The notes below the pieces were generated by a model. It was not told the origin of the DNA. It made no database searches and worked only from the letters and a program-made list of their open reading frames with translations. Shown in pieces: positions 21,962 through 34,520 of a stretch of 55,268 nt of DNA. The stretch spans positions 104,793,979 to 104,849,246 of the forward strand of contig NC_068986.1 of assembly GCF_001194135.2 (NCBI RefSeq), given 5' to 3'. This DNA is from Octopus bimaculoides (Eukaryota). The position numbers were made by a program, and so were the translations under genes. The first letter of the stretch is position 1, and the number at the start of each line of letters is the position of its first letter.

Positions 21962-22609
21962 GCACACACATACACACACAGGTGTATATATAGTATCATT
22001 CCATACGAACATGTATTTGAATGTATGTAAATTTGAACGTCCGAATATGTATGTTCATATACCTGATGGTGCATACGAAGGTTGAGACAAATATGGACGC
22101 GTCGATGAAATTAGATTATTATGGAAGTTGAACATTGTTATATGTTCGTAAATAAAGTCAAGCTTTATATGTATATCTTACGTGGCAAGTAACAAAGCTG
22201 TGTGTTACTCTGTAATAATTCTTTATCTTTTCTTTCAATAAATGAGAACAGAAGGCAGTTTGAAACTCAGTTTTAAATGCATACGCCATAATTTTGCTCA
22301 TAAATCTTTTCATAAAAATGCATACATTATAATCTTATGCTTTTGTCTTCCTCTACCTTTTTTCTTGCTTCTGTGTAACTTTTGTGAAGAAGTGTTTAAC
22401 CTCGAAACGTCATTTTCCCATTGCCTTCCATACCGGTATCTGCGTCAGGTTAATGGGTCTCTATTATTTTTGTATATATGTATGTATGTATTTATGTATG
22501 TATGTATATATACACATACATACATACACATACATAAATACATAAATACATACATACATACATACATACATACGAGGAATCTTCTATGTAGTTGCTCTGT
22601 CTGTAAGAT

Positions 22610-22822
22610 AGAGTAGTCGAATCTCTCTTAAATTACGCCTTACTGACTTAAATACCGAGGTACACCCTGGCATGTTACAAGAATAGAAGGAAACATTGGA
22701 CGATGTAGTTCTAAATGTTCTATGAAAATATTTATCAGAGCAGTCATGGACGGAACACCTTTTAATAGTAGACTGATTCTATTACGTTAAATACAATGCT
22801 AAACAACAACAACAACAACAGC
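22610..22822 (+). mobile_element. Interspersed repeat ending in (AAC)n (SINE/LINE-tail-like)
   Basis: Ends ...GCTAAACAACAACAACAACAAC and resembles a recalled octopus repeat. It is single-copy in this window, so this is unverified. Confidence 0.35.
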
Positions 22823-24617
22823 AAAAACATTTAACATGAGTATCTCTTTTGAAATGAGAAAATCTTCACCATTAGCATCTATTTTTTGTATGAGTAAGCC
22901 TTTACCACGGGTGACTCATTTTGACATAAGTAACCGGTTTCATGATGAGTAAATCTTCACCATCGTTATTCAATATTCACGTAGGCTTTAGGTCTAACAT
23001 CAGCCTTAAGGGGGTTATTTCAGTTACCATGGCGTATAAAAAACCTAGAATATATTTCATCACCAGTTGCAACTTGCTCTCAATTTCAGCTCTGGTCTGC
23101 TCGTTTTCAACTGAGCAGACTAGGGCAACGTGAAAGGAAACCTTTTGGTCAGGAACACAATCTATCCTATGGTCACGGATCGAACAGACGACCGTAATGT
23201 TGCGTTTCATATTGGCAGCCATTGCGTCCATGCGCACTCACTACACATTCGGATTTTCACACAGAAATATTCACAATATGAAACACAATAACAGTGACTT
23301 CACCGTTCTTCCAGTTATTTTAGAGGACAGTGTGGATGAAGCAAAGTTTCATATATACGTGTTTGCGTTTTCCATTTCAAGATATAGGAAATATTATCTG
23401 ATTTTTCTATTTCAAAATATCAAAGCTGCTACTTCAGTTTCGGTGATCGCTATCTATGTGTGTATATTTACAGAGCTAAAGAACTCAGCGGCCTCACAAT
23501 CCAAAATCTATATCCATATCTCTATTTATATCTATAATTTTATCATAATCTTCTATCTATACCTTATATCTATATTTATTATCTATTCACCAATATACCT
23601 TCTCTCTGTTTCATTTAACGCACATGTGAACGTATTTACGTACATAGACCTACACATTAACGAACTCCTACATACTCCCACACTACTACACAGAGATATT
23701 CACGCACATAGGCACACGCAAATCGCAATGCATCATATCCTTCAGAAACATATACACTCGCATATGCTCGCTGTGCGTATTCTACAAGTTAACAGGTATA
23801 TTTGCACGCATACGACATATATAACATCCAAATAGGTAAGCGTTCTTACATGCAAATATACATACATGAATAGCAGCATGAGATCATATATATGTTTGTA
23901 TAGACATATTCATACACGTGCACATTCGCAAATATATGTCCTTGCACACACACACACAGGTACTCTCACTCACACACACACACACAAACACACACATATA
24001 CATATGGGGCGGACATCTTTCTGTATGAGATCGGTTTGATAAGTTGTAAAGACACCGGAATATTTTCTTATTTTTCTGTACATGAAACCAATGGTAGCCT
24101 TAATTCACAAATAAAAAATTCTGTCCACCAATGCGGAGGTAAGCACCTATTTTATTCGTTCGACATTTACGTATATATATATATATAAATAAGATTAAGA
24201 TTAATGTAATATAAAGCTGAAGCAAATTAACACCAAATATGCAGTACGTGTGTTTTTATTGGCTAAACTGGCAATATGACCATCCCCAAGTACAACAATA
24301 TATATATATATATATATAAGTTTGCCGACTAAAAACAACTTCGGCAGCTAGTGTTAGTTTCTCTTTCTGTATACACACACACCCACACCCACACGTGTGT
24401 GTGTATGTCTGTTTGTATGTGTGTGTGTGTGTGCACGCTCATGCTCGTGAACTTCTGCATAGTTAAAAGAACACAAAGGAAGATATAGCATGAATCCCAA
24501 AGGAACAGAAATCTTTAGATGTGAATCAAAAAGAAAATGGCGGATAGCGTGTGAAAGAAGGAAACAAAGAGAAAGAAAGAAAGAGTACGTGATCAAACGG
24601 AGGATTTGCCGACGAAT

Positions 24618-24745
24618 TTAACCCTTTATCATTGAAACCGACTATATCTGGCCCATATAATCTACCACTTTTATGTTCAAACAGGTCAGATCTGGCCTCT
24701 CACACCTACTCCACACTGCTTCTTAACCTTAACAATCACGTTCTT
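24618..24745 (+). mobile_element. piggyBac-type MITE, one end only
   Basis: Starts TTAA|CCCTTT, the TTAA target plus CCC terminus typical of piggyBac, then ..ATATCTGGCCC..ATGTTCAAAC..CAGATCTGGCCTCTCACACCTAC. It is truncated by a SINE, and no second TIR is seen. Confidence 0.45.
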
Positions 24746-24960
24746 TTAATTGCTTGTTTCAGTCATTTGACTGTGGCCATGCTGGAGTACCGCGTTCAGT
24801 CGAAGAAATCAACCCCAGTACTGATTCTTTGTAAACCTGGTACTTATTCTATCGTTTACTTTTGCCGAACCGCTAAGTTACGGGGAACGTAAACACACCA
24901 TCATCGGTTGTCAGACGATGGTGGTAGGGACAAACACAGACGCACACACTCACACACATA
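24745..24960 (-). mobile_element. Family B SINE 3' half
   Basis: CTTGTTTCAGTCATTTGACTGTGGCCATGCTGGAGTACCG..GGTACTTATTCTATCG..GCCGAACCGCTAAGTTACGGGGAACGTAAACACACCA. Confidence 0.88.
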
Positions 24961-25644
24961 TACATATACACACATACACGCACACGCATACACGCACACG
25001 CATACACACACACACATACATGTATATATATATATATATANNNNNNNNNNNNNNNNNNNNNNNNNNNNNNNNNNNNNNNNNNNNNNNNNNNNNNNNNNNN
25101 NNNNNNNNNNNNNNNNNNNNNNNNNNNNNNNNNNNNNNNNNNNNNNNNNNNNNNNNNNNNNNNNNNNNNNNNNNNNNNNNNNNNNNNNNNNNNNNNNNNN
25201 NNNNNNNNNNNNNNNNNNNNNNNNNNNNNNNNNNNNNNNNNNNNNNNNNNNNNNNNNNNNNNNNNNNNNNNNNNNNNNNNNNNNNNNNNNNNNNNNNNNN
25301 NNNNNNNNNNNNNNNNNNNNNNNNNNNNNNNNNNNNNNNNNNNNNNNNNNNNNNNNNNNNNNNNNNNNNNNNNNNNNNNNNNNNNNNNNNNNNNNNNNNN
25401 NNTATATATATATATATATATATTTACATATAGCTGATTTTGCTTTGATGCAACCATTCGGGCTATGCCCCCCGTTTGAAGATACATTTACTTCTATTCT
25501 GGTCTGTTTTTGAACTCTTTTAGAGTATAATGAGGCCGTTTCTCGCTCATAAGAAATAAAAGAACTTTCAGTGCGTGAGTTTGGTACAAAGCCTTCCAGT
25601 ATATTCCGAACGTATATCACTGCATATCTCTCCTGCCCACCCAG

Positions 25645-26008
25645 TAGTTCAGGCAGTGAACTCGCGGTCGTAGGAACGTGGTATCGATTCCAAGACCGGT
25701 TACTGTGAGTGTTTGTTGAGTCATAACACTTAAAGTTTCACGAGGCTCCGGCAGGGGATGGTGGCGAACCCTGCTGTACTCTTTCACCACAATTTTCTCT
25801 CACACTTTCTTCCTGTTTCTGTTGTACCTGTATTTCAAAGGGCCAACCTTGTTACACTCTGTGTTACGCTGAATCTCCCCTAGAACCACGTTAAGATTAC
25901 GCGTGTCTGTGGAGTGCTCAGCCACTTGCACGTTAATTACACGAGCAAGCTGTTCCGTTGATCGGATCAACTGGAACCCTCGACGTCGTAACCGACAGAG
26001 TGCCACTC
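25645..26008 (+). mobile_element. Family C SINE
   Basis: Aligns to 14841-15225 and ends GGAACCCTCGACGTCGTAACCGACAGAGTGCCA. Confidence 0.88.
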
Positions 26009-26040
<32 letters not shown>

Positions 26041-26097
26041 GAATGGGTGGACAAACGAAAGGAAAGGGCACTCAACATATTTAGTAGGTGTTACATG

Positions 26098-26244
26098 TAT
26101 TATTTAAAACGATTTTATTCGGTTCCCTGCTACTTCAATTAACTCAGGGCCTTAACCCTAGTCCAACTCCTCTAGGCTTCTGGAATGTTGAACAGCGAAA
26201 CGCAGGAAGTAGTACAGAACCGAACCAAACTATTTTAAATAATA
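26098..26244. mobile_element. Small TA-flanked MITE (~145 bp) with ~40-bp imperfect TIRs
   Basis: TATTATTTAAAACGATTTTATTCGGTTCCCTGCTACTTC vs reverse complement of GAAGTAGTACAGAACCGAACCAAACTATTTTAAATAATA. TA is present on both sides. Confidence 0.65.
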
Positions 26245-27298
26245 TATTTATAATATATACATATTGTGTGTATCTAAATCTTGGCTACTATTAAACAGGG
26301 GACGGAACTCAAATCCACCTATATATCATATGACGTTTACTCCAAACATCCTTGCAGACTCTGGTATACGCATACATCTGGTTCTTATATAGCCGCAAAG
26401 AAATACAATTCGCCAATTTTGAACACAAAAATTTCTACATTTCAACTGAAATCGAAACCTGTTCTTCAATTTGCTATGATTTCCTCTAAGCAATATAAAT
26501 AGAAAAAAAAAAGAGAGAGAAACAGAAAAAAAGGAAAAGAACTTTGTTTTCACTTGTTTTATAATATTTAATTACTTGTTTCTGCAAAGTATTGAAAAAA
26601 TACGTATCTGTTACAGTAATTTTAAATTTAATTTATTATGTAAAAATCTTAATCTAAATGTTTCTACATCATTCTAGTGATGCGCATCCTTCTCTATCGG
26701 AGCATATTTAATACATAGCTGTATAATGTCTACGCTTCTTACCTATACAAAGCATTGAATTCTATCTGAGAATGTCTATTAAATAAAAAATGATATTCTA
26801 TAAAGTTTATGTGATAAACATTGCCACTGGCTTTTTTTTTTGTTTTTTCAAAGTGAAGCCTGAAGTCTATTAGCTTCAAAGTCGAACATTCAAACCAAGC
26901 AGATAGCGCGCATCATTTACACGCATACGAACACAAACACTTGTGGATGCATAATCTTGGTTTCGATAAGTTTCAGTAAGTAGTGAAGTTTAACCTGTAG
27001 ACTATAATAAATACTTAATTAATTTTTAGCCTTACGTCAGGATATAATGTCTAACGCCAACGCTAGTTATTCCACGCTATACAGAAGCATTTACTATCGT
27101 GAATAGTTTGAATAAACTCAGTGATTATGAAAGTTAGATGTTGCTTGTACCACCTGATTTTTTGTGGGTGCTTTATAGATTATATACAAGTAATACTGAA
27201 ATATAATGAACAAGCTTTTTGATACATATAACAATACATTTGTGTATACAAGAACATACATTCATATATACAGACACACATACATGCACGTATATGTA

Positions 27299-27570
27299 TG
27301 TATATAATTTAGAGGTATAATAGATTTATACATTTGTATATGTTGATGTATATATGTATATGTGTGTATATAATTTAGAGGTATAATACACTTATATATT
27401 TGTATATGTTTATGTATGCATGTGTATGTATGTATGTATATAATTTAGAGGTATAATATTCTTATATATTTGTATCTGTTTACGTATATATGTATATGTA
27501 TGTATATAATTTAGAGGTATAATACACTTATATATTTGTATATGTTGATGTATATATGTATATGTATGTA
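27299..27570 (+). repeat. Minisatellite, 4 copies of a ~66-70-bp unit
   Basis: Unit TATAATTTAGAGGTATAATA(C/G/T)...TATATTTGTATATGTT(G/T)ATGTA..(TATG)n is repeated four times. Confidence 0.9.
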
Positions 27571-30500
27571 TATATACACATATGTATGCATTTATGTTTA
27601 GCTATCATGGGGCCGAGTTGTGATAGAATTCAACTAACTCCCAAAATATACTATCTTAACGACCTTATGAATACAATGAAACTGTGTGGGTGTATACAAG
27701 CACGTGTATAGAATTTTTATCATTAATACGCACAAACCCACATGTAGACACATGAAAATATATAATTTTTGTCTATACATGTATGAGATTCTGAATGTAG
27801 TAATATGTGCCATCTTGCCTATATAATACGAATGTATTAATAATGGCTGCACTTATGATGAATATGTTTTTATGATCAACAATGTCAAACGTTTAAAAGC
27901 TATCTTAACGTTAACTTGAACTCGAGAAAAAAGGATAGCAAAACCCACTGGCTCTATTCATAGCATATACTAGTCTCCTGCCAATTACAAGCAACCCCGT
28001 TTTCATCCTACCTTACAAATTATTTCTTAAATTAACAATATCTTTATCTACTTTTTACCTGAACCTCTTTAATCTCCCCACGCGACAAACAGATAATACG
28101 AATGATTTCATATATAGCTAGTACCGAGAAAATTTGGTCTGTATTTGTCTGCAGTATTTCTCAAGATAATCATAATATTTAGTCATCAAATAATAGGATT
28201 TTTTAAAACACGTAACTCGTCTTACTGGGGGGCTGTTTAATCTTCTAAGTATTGCGTATGCCTTCATCCACTTAACTATCTAATTATCATATGGATATTG
28301 CTACAGTGTCCCAGAATAATCTAATTTATCCATTAATGTATTTATTCTACACTATACCCATAAATAAATACATGCATGTCTATTCAGGGATTCGAATGCT
28401 AATACATTTAGAATTTACAAAGAGTTTAGAATGGTACAACAATGCACTATAAAACAAAAAAATGGACTATATACCTCTTGTAATTTGGTTATCTATAGTC
28501 CGAAGATATTTCGGAATTACAATTCCTTCTTCAGATCTTCTTAGATGGAGTCTCTGCTATAAACTTACAATAAAGTTACAATATTCCTGTAATTGTTTAA
28601 AGATTTCTGAAAAAGAAACAAAACAACCAAGCCGGTCCGGAGTTATCTCCCATCATTGGTTAGTTACACTTGGCTACTAACATTAGTTAATACCAAACAT
28701 TACATTCGATAATACGCCTGATTTTACTTCCCCACTTTTCATTTTCTAAGCATTGATTATGGGTTCCTGAACTTAGCCGTTTAATACATAGTTTGGTTAA
28801 TCTAATTAAAAACTTTCACTCATAGCGTAATCTTCCTCCTAAGTTATAGCGTCTATAAAATATGAAGCTACTATAACAGGGACAAGTAAATGTTCTGTTA
28901 TTCCGTTAATGTTCTTTATTCTGAAACACGAACATACAGAGTTTATCCCTCAAACTCTTAACCGCATCTTCATCAGTATCAATTTCAATTTCATCAATGT
29001 GAGACCCACTTTCCTTATCGTCAGTACCAATTACGTCACCGTCGTCAATTTTATTTTCGTCATTGTCAAATTTGGGCACAAAAAGAATGAAGCATATTTG
29101 ACTTTTTTTTTTTTTTTTCATGAACAGCCATTAGCATCAGTAGTTACTTCACGTACAATTGTAAAAGAACGCAAGCATTAAAAAGTACTGTAACCGATTG
29201 ATGAAAAATTTCACATTACAGAAAATGTAGCTGCAACGGAATAGCAAACGGACCCAATGGAAAAAATCGAGCAAAAAATAGAAAACGTACTGGAAGTGCA
29301 AGGTAGAGTCGTCTCCTACGATTGAAAAACTCTCAGCTGAGGAAAGAGCCCATGAGGCCAACGGCCTTGTACGATGAATGTGTGTGTGTGTGTGTGTGTG
29401 TGTTTGTGTGTATTTGTGTATCAGGTCATCTCATCAATGCTCAGACTATAAATAAGGAAAACAAGTGATCAAACCCTACATTTTTATGAAACTTTATGAC
29501 CAATATAGTTGCCATGTTTATCTATGACATCTTTCCATCTACTCGAAAGCTTTTTAATCCCATTAGTGAAAAACTTCTTTCGGTTTCGACTTCCTCAGAT
29601 ATTTCGAGAGTTAATAATACAACGAAATTACTCTGTAAACTATGAAACAAATGGTAATCAATATATATANNNNNNNNNNNNNNNNNNNNNNNNNNNNNNN
29701 NNNNNNNNNNNNNNNNNNNNNNNNNNNNNNNNNNNNNNNNNNNNNNNNNNNNNNNNNNNNNNNNNNNNNNNNNNNNNNNNNNNNNNNNNNNNNNNNNNNN
29801 NNNNNNNNNNNNNNNNNNNNNNNNNNNNNNNNNNNNNNNNNNNNNNNNNNNNNNNNNNNNNNNNNNNNNNNNNNNNNNNNNNNNNNNNNNNNNNNNNNNN
29901 NNNNNNNNNNNNNNNNNNNNNNNNNNNNNNNNNNNNNNNNNNNNNNNNNNNNNNNNNNNNNNNNNNNNNNNNNNNNNNNNNNNNNNNNNNNNNNNNNNNN
30001 NNNNNNNGATGCATATAGAGGATATATGCATCTACTTATATAGATAGAGAGAGAGGATATATGTACAGGGACAAAAGAGAGCTACATGGATAGAAGCATA
30101 TCAATGCGTGTATACATATATATGCATTTCTATATACGTATGTATGCACATAAACATACTCTGACACACACAGACATACATCCGACCGCTCACATACACA
30201 TATATATTCACACCTTTACATAATGACACATACATACATATACAAAGATACACACACACATATGTTAATAAATATATGCATGTATGTATGTATGTATGTA
30301 TGTATGTATTACGTACGTATGTATGTACGCATCATGCATATATGTATGTATGTATGTATTATACACACACACACTCACATACATAAAGGACATTAACATC
30401 CACTTATAAGTTTTAGTTTTAGATTTAAATTTTCTGTAACATTATTTCTACTATTAGAAACGGATAAAACAATTAGACACATTTAAATCTCCATTTTTTG

Positions 30501-31084
30501 TCGTCAATCAAAAACCGTAACAGAAAGAAACATAAAACCAAACAATTATCACTGATTAATAATTTTCAAATAAATTATTAATTGTAAAATTGTATCAGCT
30601 TTATTTTATAGAGACTCGCGAATGTACTTGTATATGCAAGTAAATTAGATTATATATAATTGATTGAGTAATTTAACTAATTAGATTCATGATATTACCA
30701 AAATCTACAAGAATTGTATACGTCATTGCAGTGGACATATTCTGAATGAAATAGTTCAAAGATGAATATAATTTCAAATGTAATATAATTATTTTACAGA
30801 TCAATTCAAGGTTAGAAAATTTAACATATATTTTAAGATTATATGAATATGAAGTGTCCGATTTCAGTGGATGAAATATAAACAATTCGAATATACAAAG
30901 ATATTTTACTTTGAAGTAATGAAACAATAGGTCGCAGTTTATTTTCCATGATGTCTGTAACAATTAACCTTTCGAAGATATACATTTTAAATGTGAAATT
31001 GTTATAACGTCCAAAATTATGCTCTCACTCATTCTCTCTCTCTTTCTCTGTCTCTCTGTCTCTCTGTCTCTGTCTTTCTCTCTG

Positions 31085-31116
<32 letters not shown>

Positions 31117-32058
31117 TCTCNNNNNNNNNNNNNNNNNNNNNNNNNNNNNNNNNNNNNNNNNNNNNNNNNNNNNNNNNNNNNNNNNNNNNNNNNNNNNNNN
31201 NNNNNNNNNNNNNNNNNNNNNNNNNNNNNNNNNNNNNNNNNNNNNNNNNNNNNNNNNNNNNNNNNNNNNNNNNNNNNNNNNNNNNNNNNNNNNNNNNNNN
31301 NNNNNNNNNNNNNNNNNNNNNNNNNNNNNNNNNNNNNNNNNNNNNNNNNNNNNNNNNNNNNNNNNNNNNNNNNNNNNNNNNNNNNNNNNNNNNNNNNNNN
31401 NNNNNNNNNNNNNNNNNNNNNNNNNNNNNNNNNNNNNNNNNNNNNNNNNNNNNNNNNNNNNNNNNNNNNNNNNNNNNNNNNNNNNNNNNNNNNNNNNNNN
31501 NNNNNNNNNNNNNNNNNNNNNNNNNNNNNNNNNNNNNNNNNNNNNNNNNNNNNNNNNNNNNNNNNNNNNNNNNNNNNNNNNNNNNNNNNNNNNNNNNNNN
31601 NNNNNNNNNNNNNNNNNNNNNNNNNNNNNNNNNNNNNNNNNNNNNNNNNNNNNNNNNNNNNNNNNNNNNNNNNNNNNNNNNNNNNNNNNNNNNNNNNNNN
31701 NNNNNNNNNNNNNNNNNNNNNNNNNNNNNNNNNNNNNNNNNNNNNNNNNNNNNNNNNNNNNNNNNNNNNNNNNNNNNNNNNNNNNNNNNNNNNNNNNNNN
31801 NNNNNNNNNNNNNNNNNNNNNNNNNNNNNNNNNNNNNNNNNNNNNNNNNNNNNNNNNNNNNNNNNNNNNNNNNNNNNNNNNNNNNNNNNNNNNNNNNNNN
31901 NNNNNNNNNNNNNNNNNNNNNNNNNNNNNNNNNNNNNNNNNNNNNNNNNNNNNNNNNNNNNNNNNNNNNNNNNNNNNNNNNNNNNNNNNNNNNNNNNNNN
32001 NNNNNNNNNNNNNNNNNNNNNNNNNNNNNNNNNNNNNNNNNNNNNNNNNNNNATATAT

Positions 32059-32093
<35 letters not shown>

Positions 32094-32121
32094 ATCAAAT
32101 ACATTTAATGAGAATACAGTA

Positions 32122-32495
32122 GGCGTCGGAGTGGCTGTGTGGTAAATAACTTGCTTACCAACCATATGGTTCCGGGTTCAGTCCCACTGTGTGGCACCTT
32201 GGGCAAGTGTCTTCTAGTATAGCCTCGGGCCGACCAAAGCTTTGTGAGTGGATTTGGTAGACGGAAACTGAAAGAAGCCCGTCGTATATATGTATATATA
32301 TATGTATGCATGTGTATCTGTTGTGAATCTGTGTTTGTCTCCCAGCATCGCTTGACAACCCCGTAACCTAGCGGTTCGGCAAAGGGGGCCGATAGAATAA
32401 GTACTAGGCTTACAAAGAATAAGTCCTGGGGTCAATTTGATTCGACTAAAAGTGGTGCTCCAGCTGTCAAATGAATGAAACAAGAAAAAGACAGA
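32122..32495 (+). mobile_element. Family B SINE, near full length with internal deletion
   Basis: GGCGTCGGAGTGGCTGTGTGGTAAATAACTTGCTTACCAACC..GTGGCACCTTGGGCAAGTGTCTT (CORE-like)..GGGGTCAATTTGATTCGACTAAAAGTGGTGCTCCAGC. Confidence 0.9.
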
Positions 32496-32711
32496 ACAGT
32501 ATACTCAATTTCGAATAAGTGCTTTTGGTAGGGAAATGTCTAAAACCGTAAAGGTATTTAAAGATTTAAGGCTACAGGCTCACGCACATGTGCACTCACA
32601 AAATGATCTGAATGTAAATATGATAGTACGTTTCTACCTACCTACCTACCTACCTACCTACCTACCTACCTACCTACCTATATACATACATACATACATA
32701 CATACATACAT

Positions 32712-33100
32712 ACAGAAAGCTGATTCGAAGACTACAGATCCAAGCCATCGCTGGAATTGTACAAATCTGTAAAACATTCCAGAAGTTTATGGTTTGAATA
32801 TATATGAACATGTCTATATATGCAACTATATGCATTACAATGCATACAAAAAACAAAACATACAAATCTGCACATGCTGCACATATAGATGAGTACATAT
32901 TAAATACATACATACATACACAAAACAAAACATATAAACCTGCACATATACATACATACATACACACATACATACATACAAAAATACCTCGTTGACGTTG
33001 AAACTCCAATGAAGGAGCCTTGGATCTGGGTTAGAAACCGGCTCTTTCTCTATTGACAAGAAATCTTGAAATTAAACTGTATAATAACGTACATACATAC
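32712..33100 (+). mobile_element. 3' end of an RLE-type non-LTR retrotransposon embedded in (CATA)n
   Basis: Begins RKLIRRLQIQAIAGIVQICKTFQKFMV*, homologous to LIRTLQV*SVSGTVKQCKTFLKFQM* at 34330-34420 on the minus strand. A 3'UTR follows, ending in (CATA)n. Confidence 0.6.
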
Positions 33101-33121
33101 ATACATTCAGANNNNNNNNNN

Positions 33122-33536
33122 CATACATACATACATACAGAAAGCTGATTCGAAGACTACAGATCCAAGCCATCGCTGGAATTGTACAAATCTGTAAAAC
33201 ATTCCAGAAGTTTATGGTTTGAATATATATGAACATGTCTATATATGCAACTATATGCATTACAATGCATACAAAAAACAAAACATACAAATCTGCACAT
33301 GCTGCACATATAGATGAGTACATATTAAATACATACATACATACACAAAACAAAACATATAAACCTGCACATATACATACATACATACACACATACATAC
33401 ATACAAAAATACCTCGTTGACGTTGAAACTCCAATGAAGGAGCCTTGGATCTGGGTTAGAAACCGGCTCTTTCTCTATTGACAAGAAATCTTGAAATTAA
33501 ACTGTATAATAACGTACATACATACATACATTCAGA
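33122..33536 (+). repeat. Apparently identical tandem duplicate of 32697-33111 (offset 425 bp) across a 10-N gap
   Basis: The ORF track shows identical peptides 425 bp apart and the sequences look identical by eye. This is a likely scaffolding artefact. Confidence 0.9.
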
Positions 33537-33546
33537 CATACATACA

Positions 33547-33579
<33 letters not shown>

Positions 33580-33787
33580 GCATACACTCATACATTCAGA
33601 CATACGTACATACATATCTCACTAACTAACTATTTATGGTATTAGGAAAAGACACAATAGTTAGTGAACAGAATAATAATAAAACAGTTCAGTAATTCCA
33701 TTGGGGGTGGCGAGGGCAGCCACGAGGATGTGTGTGTTGATAATGGTGCACGGAGAAAAATATAGAGGAACGAAGGAATTTAGAAAG

Positions 33788-33874
<87 letters not shown>

Positions 33875-34217
33875 GGGTGAAGGAGAAAAGCGATTAGCAT
33901 TCATATGAGCGATATAGAACACAAAACATGTGCGAAAAGAGAAAGAGAGAAAATCAGATTGAAAAGAAAGAAAAAAAGAAGACGAAGAGTAAACAAAAGA
34001 GAAGATAATGGTAAATAGTGCTGCAGCTGATGATGTGTATTTGTTTGTGTGACAGTGTTTGTTTGTACTTATGATAATTGTGGTGGCGACGACTGATTTG
34101 CTCAACGACAATGGCTTGCGTGTGAGTTAAATTATATGATATGTTTTATTTTTAAAAGCTCGGTCCACATGAATATTGAAGTAAAAATCTGTTGATCCAA
34201 ACCAATAATGGAACAGC

Positions 34218-34520
34218 ATATTATGTATGTATGTCTCTTTTACATTTAAAATATTATAAATCTTCCACTGACTAGGGAACCGGTTTCCAACAAAGATACA
34301 GGGTTCCATCTTTGGGATGTAGTTAACACAAACAAATTCACATTTGAAACTTCAGAAAAGTCTTGCATTGTTTTACTGTTCCACTCACAGATTACACTTG
34401 TAATGTACGAATCAGCCGGTCGATTTCTCTTTCTGAAAATCCCAGTTTATCCAGATTCTCCTTTAAGCATTTACTAACAAATCCTGGTGCTCCAGCTATT
34501 ATTGGTGTGAATATGAATTC
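34218..34520 (-). mobile_element. 3' end of an RLE-type non-LTR retrotransposon (same family as 32712), tail (CATA)3
   Basis: YEFIFTPIIAGAPGFVSKCLKENLDKLGFSEREIDRLIRTLQV*SVSGTVKQCKTFLKFQM* resembles the C-terminal PIIIGALG...LxKLG...LQ...GT motif of RLE elements. The UTR contains GGAAACCGGTTC and ends GACATACATACATA. Confidence 0.65.

Noticed and set aside
22073-22330. Possible mariner end (TACGAAGGTTG..)
   Set aside because: No matching second TIR or transposase residues found.
23197-23835. 212-aa plus ORF
   Set aside because: Low-complexity I/Y/H/T composition in its second half and no domain; likely chance.
27299-27570. CRISPR-like repeat-spacer pattern (also 17063-17146)
   Set aside because: Eukaryotic context, the spacers are mutually similar or too short, and there are no cas genes.
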